Origin: Candidatus Eiseniibacteriota bacterium
Lineage (GTDB): Bacteria > Eisenbacteria > RBG-16-71-46 > SZUA-252
Direction of reading: 5' to 3'
Assembly (NCBI GenBank): GCA_963703225.1
Contig: OY969801.1
Span: forward strand, 1,344,001 to 1,408,000
DNA: 64,000 bases
Of this stretch, positions 10,243 through 19,162 are shown piece after piece. The position numbers were made by a program, and so were the translations under genes. The notes under the pieces were generated by a model. That model searched no databases and had not been told where the DNA came from. It saw nothing but the letters and a program-made list of their open reading frames with translations. Position 1 is the first letter of the stretch. Every line of letters begins with the position of its first letter.

Positions 10243-11573
10243 ACACCCCCAACCAGAGGACCCTCGCCCGCGTCGTCTCGTTCGACGGGATCGGCCTCCA
10301 CACCGGCGTGGCCTGCCATGTCGAATTCCGCCCCGCGTCGCTCGGTACCGGAATTCGATTCGTGCGCCTCGACCTGCCCGGCCATCCCGAAATTCCGGTG
10401 GCGCCACGCTTCGCGCGCGCCGACACCGACCACATGCGGCGGACGATCCTCAAGAACGGCAACGCCGAAGTCCACACGGTGGAGCATATCCTGGCAGCCG
10501 CGGCCGGGCTCGGCATCGACAACCTCATCATCGCGCTGAACGCGCAGGAGCCGCCGGAGCCCGCCGACGGCAGCGCCGGGCCCTACGTACGGCTCTTCCA
10601 GGAGGCGGGGATCGTCGAGCAGCCGGCGCCGCGCCGCTATTTCCGGGTGACCGAACCGATCCGTTACGAAGAGGACGGCGTGATCCTGGTCGGACTGCCC
10701 CACGAGGGACTGCGCGTTACGTTCACCATCGAATATTCCAATGCGTGGCGGGGCACCCAGCACGCGACCTACGACATCGATCCCGAAATCTTCATCCGCG
10801 AGATCGCGCCCGCGCGGACGTTCGTGCTCGAGCGCGACGTGGAGCGTCTTCGGGCCCGGGGCATGATCCTGGGCGGCACGCTGCAGAACGCGGTGGTCGT
10901 TCAGCCCACGGGGATCTTGAATCAGGAGCCGCTCCGCTTTGAGGACGAGTTCGTCCGGCACAAGATCCTCGATTTTCTGGGGGATCTCTACCTCCTGGGC
11001 CGGCCGGCGCGCGGCCACTTTCTCTCGATCAAATCGGGGCATGCGACCAACGTGCGGTTTGTTCAGCGGCTCGCCGCCTCGGAGGAGCCCGGAAATCTCC
11101 TTCGGACCGGAGCCGCGAACGGCGACTCAGGGCCCATCCAGCTGGACATCAACGCAATCCAGAGGATCATGCCCCACCGGTATCCGTTCCTCCTCGTCGA
11201 CCGCATTTTGAGTCTCGAGGCGACCCGGGTCGAGGGGATCAAGAACGTCACCATCAACGAGCCGTTCTTCGCGGGACATTTCCCGGGCCATCCGATCATG
11301 CCTGCGGTGCTGATCGTCGAGGCCATGGCGCAGTGTGGAGGCGTATTGCTCCTCAACACGGTCGAGCGCCCCAAGGAAAGGTTGGTCTACCTGACAGGAG
11401 TCAACAACGCGAAGTTTCGCAAACCCGTGCGGCCGGGGGACCAGCTCCGTCTCGAGCTGACTCTGCTCCGCCTCAAGCAACGGATCTGCAAGATGGAGGG
11501 GAAGGCCTACGTCGATGGAGACCTCGTCGCGGAAGCAGAGCTTCTCTCAAGCATTGTCGAACGCAATCCCTGA
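10239..11573 (+). CDS. lpxC-fabZ: Bifunctional LpxC deacetylase / FabZ 3-hydroxyacyl-ACP dehydratase fusion
   Basis: GIGLHTG, TVEHILAA, RHKILDFLGD, SGH (LpxC) followed in frame by PHRYPFLLVD and GHFPGHPIMP (FabZ). Confidence 0.94.
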   Translation: MNTPNQRTLARVVSFDGIGLHTGVACHVEFRPASLGTGIRFVRLDLPGHPEIPVAPRFARADTDHMRRTILKNGNAEVHTVEHILAAAAGLGIDNLIIALNAQEPPEPADGSAGPYVRLFQEAGIVEQPAPRRYFRVTEPIRYEEDGVILVGLPHEGLRVTFTIEYSNAWRGTQHATYDIDPEIFIREIAPARTFVLERDVERLRARGMILGGTLQNAVVVQPTGILNQEPLRFEDEFVRHKILDFLGDLYLLGRPARGHFLSIKSGHATNVRFVQRLAASEEPGNLLRTGAANGDSGPIQLDINAIQRIMPHRYPFLLVDRILSLEATRVEGIKNVTINEPFFAGHFPGHPIMPAVLIVEAMAQCGGVLLLNTVERPKERLVYLTGVNNAKFRKPVRPGDQLRLELTLLRLKQRICKMEGKAYVDGDLVAEAELLSSIVERNP

Positions 11574-11616
11574 AGTAGACCGACTGACCGGGACGTGGGC
11601 GCGGGTGGGGGGCGAA

Positions 11617-12423
11617 GTGTTGCCTCTGCCGAGCCAGCGTGAGGCATTCCGACCGTCCATCCACCCCACGGCGATCGTCGAGAAGGGGGCGGAGCTGGGT
11701 CCCGGAACGGTCGTGGGGCCCTTCGCCTACGTTGGGCCTCGGGTGACTCTCGGCGAGGGGACCCGCGTCGGGCTCCACGCGGTCATCGAGGGTCGCGCCA
11801 CGATCGGGGCCCGGTGCCAGATCCACCACGGCGCGGTCATCGGAAACTTGCCCCAAGATCTCAAGTATCGAGGGGCGCCGAGCGAGGTCATCATCGGAAA
11901 CGACACGACGGTGCGCGAGTACGCCACCGTCCACGCCGCGACCGAAGAGGGGGAGGCGACGCGGGTCGGAGACCACGTGCTCCTCATGGCCTACGCCCAC
12001 GTCGCGCACAACTGTCGGTTGGGGAACCACGTCATCCTCGCGAACGCGGTGAACCTCGCCGGTCACGTCCGCGTGGACGACTACGCGATTTTGGGTGGCC
12101 TGACGCCGGTCCACCAATTCGTCGCGATCGGGTGCCATTCCTTCGTCGGCGGAGGCTCGCGTGTGCCCCAGGACGTTCCGCCCTTCGTGAAGGCTGCGGG
12201 CAATCCGCTCCGCGCGTGCGGGCTCAACGCGGTCGGGATGGACCGCCGGGGCATTCCGGCTGAAGTGAGGCTGGAGCTGAAACGGGCCTACCGGATTCTC
12301 TATCGGTCGCAGCTCAACGTGACCCAGGCGCTCGACCGGATCCTGGGGGAGCTGAAGCCCTACCCCGAGGTTCACGAGTTTGTCGAGTTCGTCCGGAGCT
12401 CGGAGCGGGGCATCGTTCGGTGA
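11617..12423 (+). CDS. lpxA: Acyl-ACP--UDP-GlcNAc O-acyltransferase
   Basis: IHPTAIV, PQDLKY, AHVAHNC, LAGHV, VHQF, QDVPPF; GTG start at 11617 inferred. Confidence 0.93.
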   Translation: MLPLPSQREAFRPSIHPTAIVEKGAELGPGTVVGPFAYVGPRVTLGEGTRVGLHAVIEGRATIGARCQIHHGAVIGNLPQDLKYRGAPSEVIIGNDTTVREYATVHAATEEGEATRVGDHVLLMAYAHVAHNCRLGNHVILANAVNLAGHVRVDDYAILGGLTPVHQFVAIGCHSFVGGGSRVPQDVPPFVKAAGNPLRACGLNAVGMDRRGIPAEVRLELKRAYRILYRSQLNVTQALDRILGELKPYPEVHEFVEFVRSSERGIVR

Positions 12424-13394
12424 CACCGCTGCGCGTCGGGGTGGTCGGGGTCGGACACCTCGGGAGCCACCACGCGCGCGCCTGGAAGCGGATCTCGGAG
12501 GTGACCCTGGTCGGGGGCTACGACCCCGCTCCCGGCGCCCGGGAGCGGGCGGCCAGCGAGCTGGGGTTGACCCCATTCGAATCCCTGGAGCCGCTTCTCG
12601 ACTCCATCGATCTGGTTTCGATCGCGGCGCCCACCCAAGCCCATGCCGATCTCGCGATCGAGGCGCTCTCACGAGGCATCCAGGTGCTCGTCGAGAAACC
12701 GATCGCGGAGCGCCCGGAGCAGGGGGAGCGCATGCTCGCGGCGGCCCGCGAGGCGCGCGTCGCGCTCTCGGTCGGACACGTCGAGCGCCACAATCCCGCC
12801 GTCTCGGCCGCGCTCCCGCACCTCCATTCGCCCCGATTCATCGAAGCCCATAGGCTGGCGCCCCCCGTGAACCGGGGAATCGATGTGGATGTGGTGCTCG
12901 ATCTCATGATCCACGACCTCGACCTCGCGCTCCTCGCCACCCGCTCGCGTATCGTGGAGATCCACGCGGTCGGCGTCCCGGTCCTCACCCCCCGCATCGA
13001 CATCGCGAACGCGCGGCTCGTATTCGAGAGCGGATGCGTGGCCAATTTGACCGCGAGCCGGATCTCCCGCGAGAAGATCCGGAAGATTCGATTCTTCGAA
13101 TCGAGCGAGTACCTCTCCATCGACTGCCTGAATCGTACGATCGAGGCATTCACGTTGGCGCCGGCGACCGAGTCGACCGGCCAGCCGGAAGAGTGGATGC
13201 GCCGGATCCGCCCCCTGCCGATCGTCGTGGCGGACGCGGACCCGCTGGAATCGGAGCTCAGGCACGTCCTCGCGCTCCGGAATGACCCGGAGCGGGCCTG
13301 GGCAGAGACGCAAACAGCGCTTCTGGCGCTCCGCGCCGCCGACTCGATCGGTCGGCAGATCGCCCCGCTGCTCCCCCAAGGCGTCCCGGTCTGA
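12420..13394 (+). CDS. Gfo/Idh/MocA family oxidoreductase (GnnA-like position)
   Basis: GVGHLG Rossmann motif, VEKPIA, GHVERHNP, DLMIHDLD, ANLTASRIS; lies between lpxA and lpxB. Confidence 0.85.
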   Translation: MTPLRVGVVGVGHLGSHHARAWKRISEVTLVGGYDPAPGARERAASELGLTPFESLEPLLDSIDLVSIAAPTQAHADLAIEALSRGIQVLVEKPIAERPEQGERMLAAAREARVALSVGHVERHNPAVSAALPHLHSPRFIEAHRLAPPVNRGIDVDVVLDLMIHDLDLALLATRSRIVEIHAVGVPVLTPRIDIANARLVFESGCVANLTASRISREKIRKIRFFESSEYLSIDCLNRTIEAFTLAPATESTGQPEEWMRRIRPLPIVVADADPLESELRHVLALRNDPERAWAETQTALLALRAADSIGRQIAPLLPQGVPV

Positions 13395-14572
13395 CCGCGA
13401 TCCAGCTCATTGTTTCGGCCGGCGACCCGTCGGGGGACCGGTTGGGAGCGGCGCTGCTCGACGCGCTCCGACGTCGCGGAGTTCGGGTGGAGGCTTCCGG
13501 GTTGGGAGGTCCGGCGCTCCGCGCCGCTGGCCTTCGGGCCGTCACGCCGATGGAATCGGTCGCGGTCATGGGTTTCGCCAACGTCCTCCGCCACCTACCC
13601 GCGATCCACCGGGCCCGGATGGCCGTTCGGGGACTCTTGGAATCGAGCCCGGACGCGATCTTTCTGCCGATCGACTCTCCGGGGTTGAACCTCGGCCTGG
13701 CTCGGGCCGCACGGAAGCTGGGGCGCCATGTCGTCTACTATGTCTGCCCGCAAATCTGGGCCTGGGGCTATGGCCGGATCGCGCGCCTGCGCGAGGACGT
13801 CGACCTGACGCTCTTGCTCTTTCATTTCGAGGAGGAAATTCTGCGACGGGAGGGAGTGCGGGCGCGCTGGGTGGGACATCCGGCGGGCGCGCTCGCGCCC
13901 GATCCCGCCCGGCGCGAGGCGGCCCGACGCACGCTCGGTCTTGCTCCGGACGAGCGCTTGATCGCGCTCCTCCCGGGCAGCCGCCGCGGAGAGGTGCGCC
14001 GTCACCTGGCACCGATGCTCGACGCCGCGGGGAGGCTGGTCAATCACGGTGGGCGTGGAATCAAGGTCGCGGTGAGCGACGCCGGTGCGGTGGGCGGGGC
14101 ATCGCTCCGGGGCGAAGCAGGCAGCCTCTGGCGGATGATCCGCCCGACCCATCATCGAGGTGAGTCGGAGGAGCTGCTCCGCGCCGCCGACCTGGCGCTC
14201 GTCGCGTCCGGCACCGCGACGCTCGAGACCGCCGCACTCGGGGTTCCGATGGTCATCATCTACCGAACCAGCCCGATCAACTATGCCATCGCGCGTCGGG
14301 TGGTCCGCCTGCCGAGGATTGGGCTGGCCAACATCGTCGCGGGGGCCGACGTGGCGCCGGAGCGCATCCAGGCCAGGGCCACGGGGGCCGAGATCGCTTC
14401 GGCCGCGGCGATACTGCTCGACGATGTCGAAGCGAGGGAGCGGCAGCGCGCCGCGTTCGCGGCGCTGCCGGAGATTCTTGGAGGCGCCGGATCGTCGGAG
14501 CGCGCGGCCGACGCACTGCTGGCGTTCGCCGCCGAGCGAGGCGCGGCCCCCGCTCCGGTGTCAGCCGGCTGA
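13391..14572 (+). CDS. lpxB: Lipid-A-disaccharide synthase
   Basis: IVSAGDPSGD (upstream of the listed TTG), IDSPGLN, PQIWAW, VGHP, LLPGSR, SGTATLE, GLANIV; the frame opens at CTG 13391. Confidence 0.9.
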   Translation: MTAIQLIVSAGDPSGDRLGAALLDALRRRGVRVEASGLGGPALRAAGLRAVTPMESVAVMGFANVLRHLPAIHRARMAVRGLLESSPDAIFLPIDSPGLNLGLARAARKLGRHVVYYVCPQIWAWGYGRIARLREDVDLTLLLFHFEEEILRREGVRARWVGHPAGALAPDPARREAARRTLGLAPDERLIALLPGSRRGEVRRHLAPMLDAAGRLVNHGGRGIKVAVSDAGAVGGASLRGEAGSLWRMIRPTHHRGESEELLRAADLALVASGTATLETAALGVPMVIIYRTSPINYAIARRVVRLPRIGLANIVAGADVAPERIQARATGAEIASAAAILLDDVEARERQRAAFAALPEILGGAGSSERAADALLAFAAERGAAPAPVSAG

Positions 14573-14584
14573 GGCGGGAAGCCC

Positions 14585-15943
14585 GTGGCGTTGGGTCTTT
14601 CGATCTACCGGAGCACGACATCGATCGTGGGGTCGCTCCTTGGCGGGCTCCTCGCGCGCGCGGGATCGGCGGGCGGCGTCTGGCGCGCCGGATTCGTCGG
14701 TGCCACCCCGGAAGCGCTGCGGGGCGCGGGCTCGATCTGGGTCCACGGCGCCTCCATCGGAGAGGTGGGCATGGCGGGAACATGGATCGAGGCTCTCGTC
14801 GGCGGCGGCGCGAGCACCCCCATCTTACTCACCACGCGGACCGCGGCAGGATTGGCGCGGGCTCGCGCCGAGCTGGGGGATCGCGTCGCGGCGTCGATCG
14901 CGCCGCACGACTTTCCGGGGACGGTCGCGACCCGGTTCGACGCGGCGAGGCCTCGCCGGCTCGATCTGATCGAGACCGAGCTCTGGCCCAACATGATCGT
15001 GGAAGCGCGGCGACGGTCCGTGCCGGTTGTGCTCGTGAGCGCCACCGTCTCGGCGCGGACCGTGGGGCGGCTCCGCCGCTTCGGCCTCTCCGGTCGCGAT
15101 CTGTTCGGAGAAGGCGTCTACGCGCTTCCCCAGTCGGAGGCCCACGCCGCGCGGTTTCTGGCTCTCGGTGTGGACCGCGATCGGATCCGGGTTATCGGCG
15201 ATCTGAAAGCGAAGCGCCTCGATCACGGTGCCGAGCGGACTTCTCCCTTCGGTTCGCGGCCGGCGCTGATTTTCGGAAGCTTCAGACCGGGCGAGGAAGA
15301 TGCGGCGCGGCGCCTGGCGGAGCTCTTGGAAGCACGCCGGGATCGCGAGGACTCGGCCCTGGCCGAGCGGAGCGCGCGCCGGAGCATTGCGCCGAGCTTC
15401 GAGGGGAGGTCCCGAGCCGTGCTCGTCATCGCGCCGCGCCATCGTGAGGGAGAAGAGCGCGTTCGCGCGACCTTTCGCGCCACGCCCTTCGAGGTCTCGG
15501 AGCGCCGCGACGAATCCCGAGGGGCCGGGTCCGTGGGCGCGTGGATCGACGAGATTTCGCGGCGACCCGGTCCGCGGATCGGTCTCCTGGCCACGCGCGG
15601 CGAGCTGGCCACCGCGTACGAGCACGCGTGGGGCGTGGTCATCGGGGGAACCTTTGCCCGCTACGGCGGACACAACGTCTGGGAACCGGCCGCGAGGGGC
15701 TGCCCCGTGATCATCGGTCCCCATGGCGAGAATGTGACGGTGGCGGCCGAATCGGTGACCCGCGCGGGCGGTGGCGAGGTCGCCCGGAAGGGCGCGGCGG
15801 AAGCAGCGACGATCGTGGAGCGATGGATCTCCGACCCGGAGCTGGAGCGGGTGGGGGCCGCGGCGGAGCGCGCGGTGGCGGAGGCGTCCGGTGCCGCCCA
15901 ACGCGGGCTCGACGCGCTCGATGCATGGAGGGTGGTCCGCTGA
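14585..15943 (+). CDS. waaA: Kdo transferase
   Basis: IWVHGASIGE, ETELWPN, APRH, GGHNVWEPAA. Confidence 0.85.
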   Translation: MALGLSIYRSTTSIVGSLLGGLLARAGSAGGVWRAGFVGATPEALRGAGSIWVHGASIGEVGMAGTWIEALVGGGASTPILLTTRTAAGLARARAELGDRVAASIAPHDFPGTVATRFDAARPRRLDLIETELWPNMIVEARRRSVPVVLVSATVSARTVGRLRRFGLSGRDLFGEGVYALPQSEAHAARFLALGVDRDRIRVIGDLKAKRLDHGAERTSPFGSRPALIFGSFRPGEEDAARRLAELLEARRDREDSALAERSARRSIAPSFEGRSRAVLVIAPRHREGEERVRATFRATPFEVSERRDESRGAGSVGAWIDEISRRPGPRIGLLATRGELATAYEHAWGVVIGGTFARYGGHNVWEPAARGCPVIIGPHGENVTVAAESVTRAGGGEVARKGAAEAATIVERWISDPELERVGAAAERAVAEASGAAQRGLDALDAWRVVR

Positions 15944-17121
15944 TGGAAGCCGAAACGCACCCCGAGTCCGGATTTGGCGAAGCGCGCGGGCTTGTCGGGC
16001 TGGTCGAACGGGCGTGGTCCGGGAATCCTGGCGCGCTCGCGTGGACGAAGCTTCTCCTGCCGCTCGCGGCGCTCTACGCCGCCGGCTCCGCCCGGTCGCG
16101 CGCCGGCGCGGCCGCTCGACGGCGCGCCCATCCCGCTCTCCACGTCGTTTCGGTCGGCGGCCTGACGGTGGGCGGAGCGGGAAAGACGAGCGTGGCCCGA
16201 TGGCTCGCGCGGGAAGCGGCTGCGTCCGGCGCACGGCCGGCCGTGCTCTTGCGAGGACACGGCAGACGACGGGACGCGGCGGGCACCTTCGTGGTCCCCG
16301 ATTTCGAGGACTATCCGCTCCAGGCGGCCTTCGATCGCGCGGGCGACGAGGCCGCCGCGCATCGCGCCGGGCTGCCGCACGGCGTGACGATCATCGCCGA
16401 TCGAAATCGGTATCGCGCGGCCGGCGTCGCAGCGTCCGGTTACGGCGCCACGGTCCTGGTGCTGGATGATGGGTGGGAGCAGGGAACCCTTCGATGGGAT
16501 GATCTTTGGGTCGCGGTCGATCCCCGATCCCCCGTGGGGAACGGATCGATGTTGCCGGCGGGGCCGCTTCGTCGCCCTGCCGCCACGCTTCGCGAGGCCC
16601 GGGTTCTCGCGTTCGTCCTGGAAGGCGGGGAGGAGGAGATCCCCGGCAAGACGGTCGCTTGGGCCAAGAAGATGGCCCCCGCCGCGGCGGTGCTTCGATT
16701 CGCGCGGGTTCTGGACGGCACCTCCGCCATCGGAGAAACGGCGATCGAGCCATGGCGAAGCGGAGGTCCTCGGACGGCGCTCCTCTCCGGGGTTGGCTCG
16801 CCGGAGCGGCTCACGCGCTTCGCGCGGGCGGCCGGAATCGATCTCGTCTGCCACGCCACGTTTCCGGACCACGCGCGGTGGAGCGCTCCCGAGCTTCTGC
16901 GCGCGCTTCGGGCCGCGGCGCGCGCGGGGGCGGCCCTGGGGCTGATCACCGAGAAGGATGAGCCCCGCTGGCCGTCGATGCCACCGACGGCGATTCCCGT
17001 CCGGGTGCTCCGCACCTCGCTAAGGCCCCTCGACCCTGTCGACACACTCGTGGAGCGGATCCGAGGGATGGCGGCCCGGGGCACCGGAGTCCACGCGGAG
17101 GATGGAGTGCTTCGGAGATGA
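15943..17121 (+). CDS. lpxK: Tetraacyldisaccharide 4'-kinase
   Basis: VSVGGLTVGGAGKT, LRGHG, GDEA, LDDG, LPAGPLR, FPDH, TEKD. Confidence 0.85.
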   Translation: MEAETHPESGFGEARGLVGLVERAWSGNPGALAWTKLLLPLAALYAAGSARSRAGAAARRRAHPALHVVSVGGLTVGGAGKTSVARWLAREAAASGARPAVLLRGHGRRRDAAGTFVVPDFEDYPLQAAFDRAGDEAAAHRAGLPHGVTIIADRNRYRAAGVAASGYGATVLVLDDGWEQGTLRWDDLWVAVDPRSPVGNGSMLPAGPLRRPAATLREARVLAFVLEGGEEEIPGKTVAWAKKMAPAAAVLRFARVLDGTSAIGETAIEPWRSGGPRTALLSGVGSPERLTRFARAAGIDLVCHATFPDHARWSAPELLRALRAAARAGAALGLITEKDEPRWPSMPPTAIPVRVLRTSLRPLDPVDTLVERIRGMAARGTGVHAEDGVLRR

Positions 17122-18752
17122 AGAGGGCGTCTGGAAATCAGCTGGAAGCGGAGGTGCTCGTCATCGGGAGCGGCATCGCCGGGCTCTCGGTGGCGCTCCA
17201 CGCGGCGCAATTCGCGCGGGTCCTGATCGTGACCAAGGTGGACGCCTCGGAATCGAACACCAACTACGCCCAGGGCGGCGTCGCGGCGGCGCTGGGCCAA
17301 GATGACGCGCTCGCGATCCACGAGCGGGACACCCTCGAGTGCGGTCAGGGGCTCTGCGATCCGGAGGCGGTCCATGTCCTGGTGGAGGAGGGCCCCACCG
17401 AGATCATGCGATTGATCTCGCTCGGCGTCCGCTTCTCCCGGGATCCCAAGCGGCCCCGCCTTCTTTCCCTCGGGCGCGAGGGGGGGCACTCGCGACGGAG
17501 GATCGTCCATGCCCGGGATCGGACCGGACACGCGATCGAGCAGGTCTTGCTCGAGCGCGCCGCCTCCCATCCCAAGATCAAGATCTTGGAGAACCACGTC
17601 GCCGTCGATCTGATTCTCGCCTCCAAGCACCTCGCGGGGCGACGGCGCTCCCGGGACCGCGTTTGGGGCGCCTATGTGCTCGACCGGGAGACCGGTGCGA
17701 TCGTTCCCGCGGCCGCCCGCGCGACGGTTCTCGCGACCGGTGGATGCGGGAAGAGCTACCTCTATACGACCAACCCGGACATCGCGACCGGCGATGGATT
17801 GGCCGCCGCCTTTCGAGCCGGCGCGCCCGTCGCGAATCTCGAGTTCATGCAATTCCATCCCACCTGCCTCTATCACCCGGACGCCAAATCGTTCCTCATC
17901 TCGGAGGCGGTGCGCGGGGAGGGGGCGAAGCTCCTGACGACCGACGGAAAGCCGTTCATGCACCGCTATCATCGGCTCCGGGATCTGGCGCCCCGGGACG
18001 TGGTGGCCCGGGCGATTGATTTCGAGATGAAGCGCCGCGGCGACAAGTTCGTGCTCCTCGATCTGGCCCGTCTCGGTCGACGGCTCCTCACGCGGAGGTT
18101 TCCGCACATCACCAAGCGGGTGCTCTCGCTGGGGTACGACGTGTTCCACGATCCCATTCCGGTCGTGCCCGCCGCGCACTACATGTGTGGGGGGATCGTC
18201 ACCGACCTGGAGGGCCGGGCCGGCCTGCCGGGGCTCTACGCCTGCGGCGAGGTGGCCTGCACCGGCGTGCACGGAGCCAATCGCCTCGCGTCCAACTCGC
18301 TCCTCGAGGCGATGGTCTTCTCACGGCGAGCGGGGCGGGCCGTCCTCCGCCAAGTGGCGGCGGAAACTCGGGATCGGCTCCCGCGCCTGCCCGCGTGGCG
18401 ACTCGAGGGCGCGGTCCGGGCCAAGGAGCAGGTCATCTTCGACCACAATTGGGATGCGCTCCGGCGGGCCATGTGGGACTATATGGGTATCGTCCGTAAT
18501 GATGAGCGATTGGCGCGCGCCGCCGCGACGGTGGCGGTGCTCCGGGATCAGACGGAAGGCGACTACTGGCGATATCGGCTCGACGCCGACCTCGTGGAGT
18601 TGCGGAACATCGGGCTCGTCGCCGACCTCATCGTGGCCTGCGCGCGGCGGCGGAAAGAGAGTCGCGGGCTCCACTACAACGTCGACCACCCGAAGCTCGA
18701 CGACCGCCGCTTTCGCCGCGATACGCTGCTCACCCGGCAGGATGTGCGCTGA
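17118..18752 (+). CDS. nadB: L-aspartate oxidase
   Basis: IGSGIAG, AQGGVAA, REGGHS, QFHPT, LISEAVRGEG, AHYMCGG, HGANRLASNSLLE, ESRGLHY. Confidence 0.93.
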   Translation: MKRASGNQLEAEVLVIGSGIAGLSVALHAAQFARVLIVTKVDASESNTNYAQGGVAAALGQDDALAIHERDTLECGQGLCDPEAVHVLVEEGPTEIMRLISLGVRFSRDPKRPRLLSLGREGGHSRRRIVHARDRTGHAIEQVLLERAASHPKIKILENHVAVDLILASKHLAGRRRSRDRVWGAYVLDRETGAIVPAAARATVLATGGCGKSYLYTTNPDIATGDGLAAAFRAGAPVANLEFMQFHPTCLYHPDAKSFLISEAVRGEGAKLLTTDGKPFMHRYHRLRDLAPRDVVARAIDFEMKRRGDKFVLLDLARLGRRLLTRRFPHITKRVLSLGYDVFHDPIPVVPAAHYMCGGIVTDLEGRAGLPGLYACGEVACTGVHGANRLASNSLLEAMVFSRRAGRAVLRQVAAETRDRLPRLPAWRLEGAVRAKEQVIFDHNWDALRRAMWDYMGIVRNDERLARAAATVAVLRDQTEGDYWRYRLDADLVELRNIGLVADLIVACARRRKESRGLHYNVDHPKLDDRRFRRDTLLTRQDVR

Positions 18753-18753
18753 G

Positions 18754-19155
18754 ATGGCGATCGATTACGAAAATGCGATCCTCGACGTGGCCCAGAAGCA
18801 CGGGCGCTACAAGCCGAATGCCTATCGGTTCACGCTCGACGCGGTCCACCACACCGTCGAGCATCTGAAGGAAGTGCGCCACGTCTCCGGTCGAGAGCTC
18901 CTGGGCGGGATCCGGGAGCTGGCGTTGGCCCGGTTCGGCCCCATGGCCAAGACCGTCTTCGAGCAGTGGGGCGTCGGGCGGACCGAGGACTTCGGGGAGA
19001 TCGTCTTCCAGCTCGTGGAGCAGGGGCTTCTCGGCAAGACCGAGTCCGATACGATGAGCGACTTCGCCCGCGGCTACGATTTCGACGAGGCCTTCGTCCA
19101 GAACTTCGACTGGCTCGATCGAATCGCCCCCAAGCGGCGCGACGCCCTCGACTAG
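18754..19155 (+). CDS. Conserved hypothetical protein resembling the Minf_1886 family
   Basis: RY..AY.F...RHVSGREL...FGPMAKTVF..WG...TEDFGEIVF.LVE.G.L.K...DF...YDF pattern; family recalled from memory. Confidence 0.7.
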   Translation: MAIDYENAILDVAQKHGRYKPNAYRFTLDAVHHTVEHLKEVRHVSGRELLGGIRELALARFGPMAKTVFEQWGVGRTEDFGEIVFQLVEQGLLGKTESDTMSDFARGYDFDEAFVQNFDWLDRIAPKRRDALD

Positions 19156-19162
19156 GCGCGCA

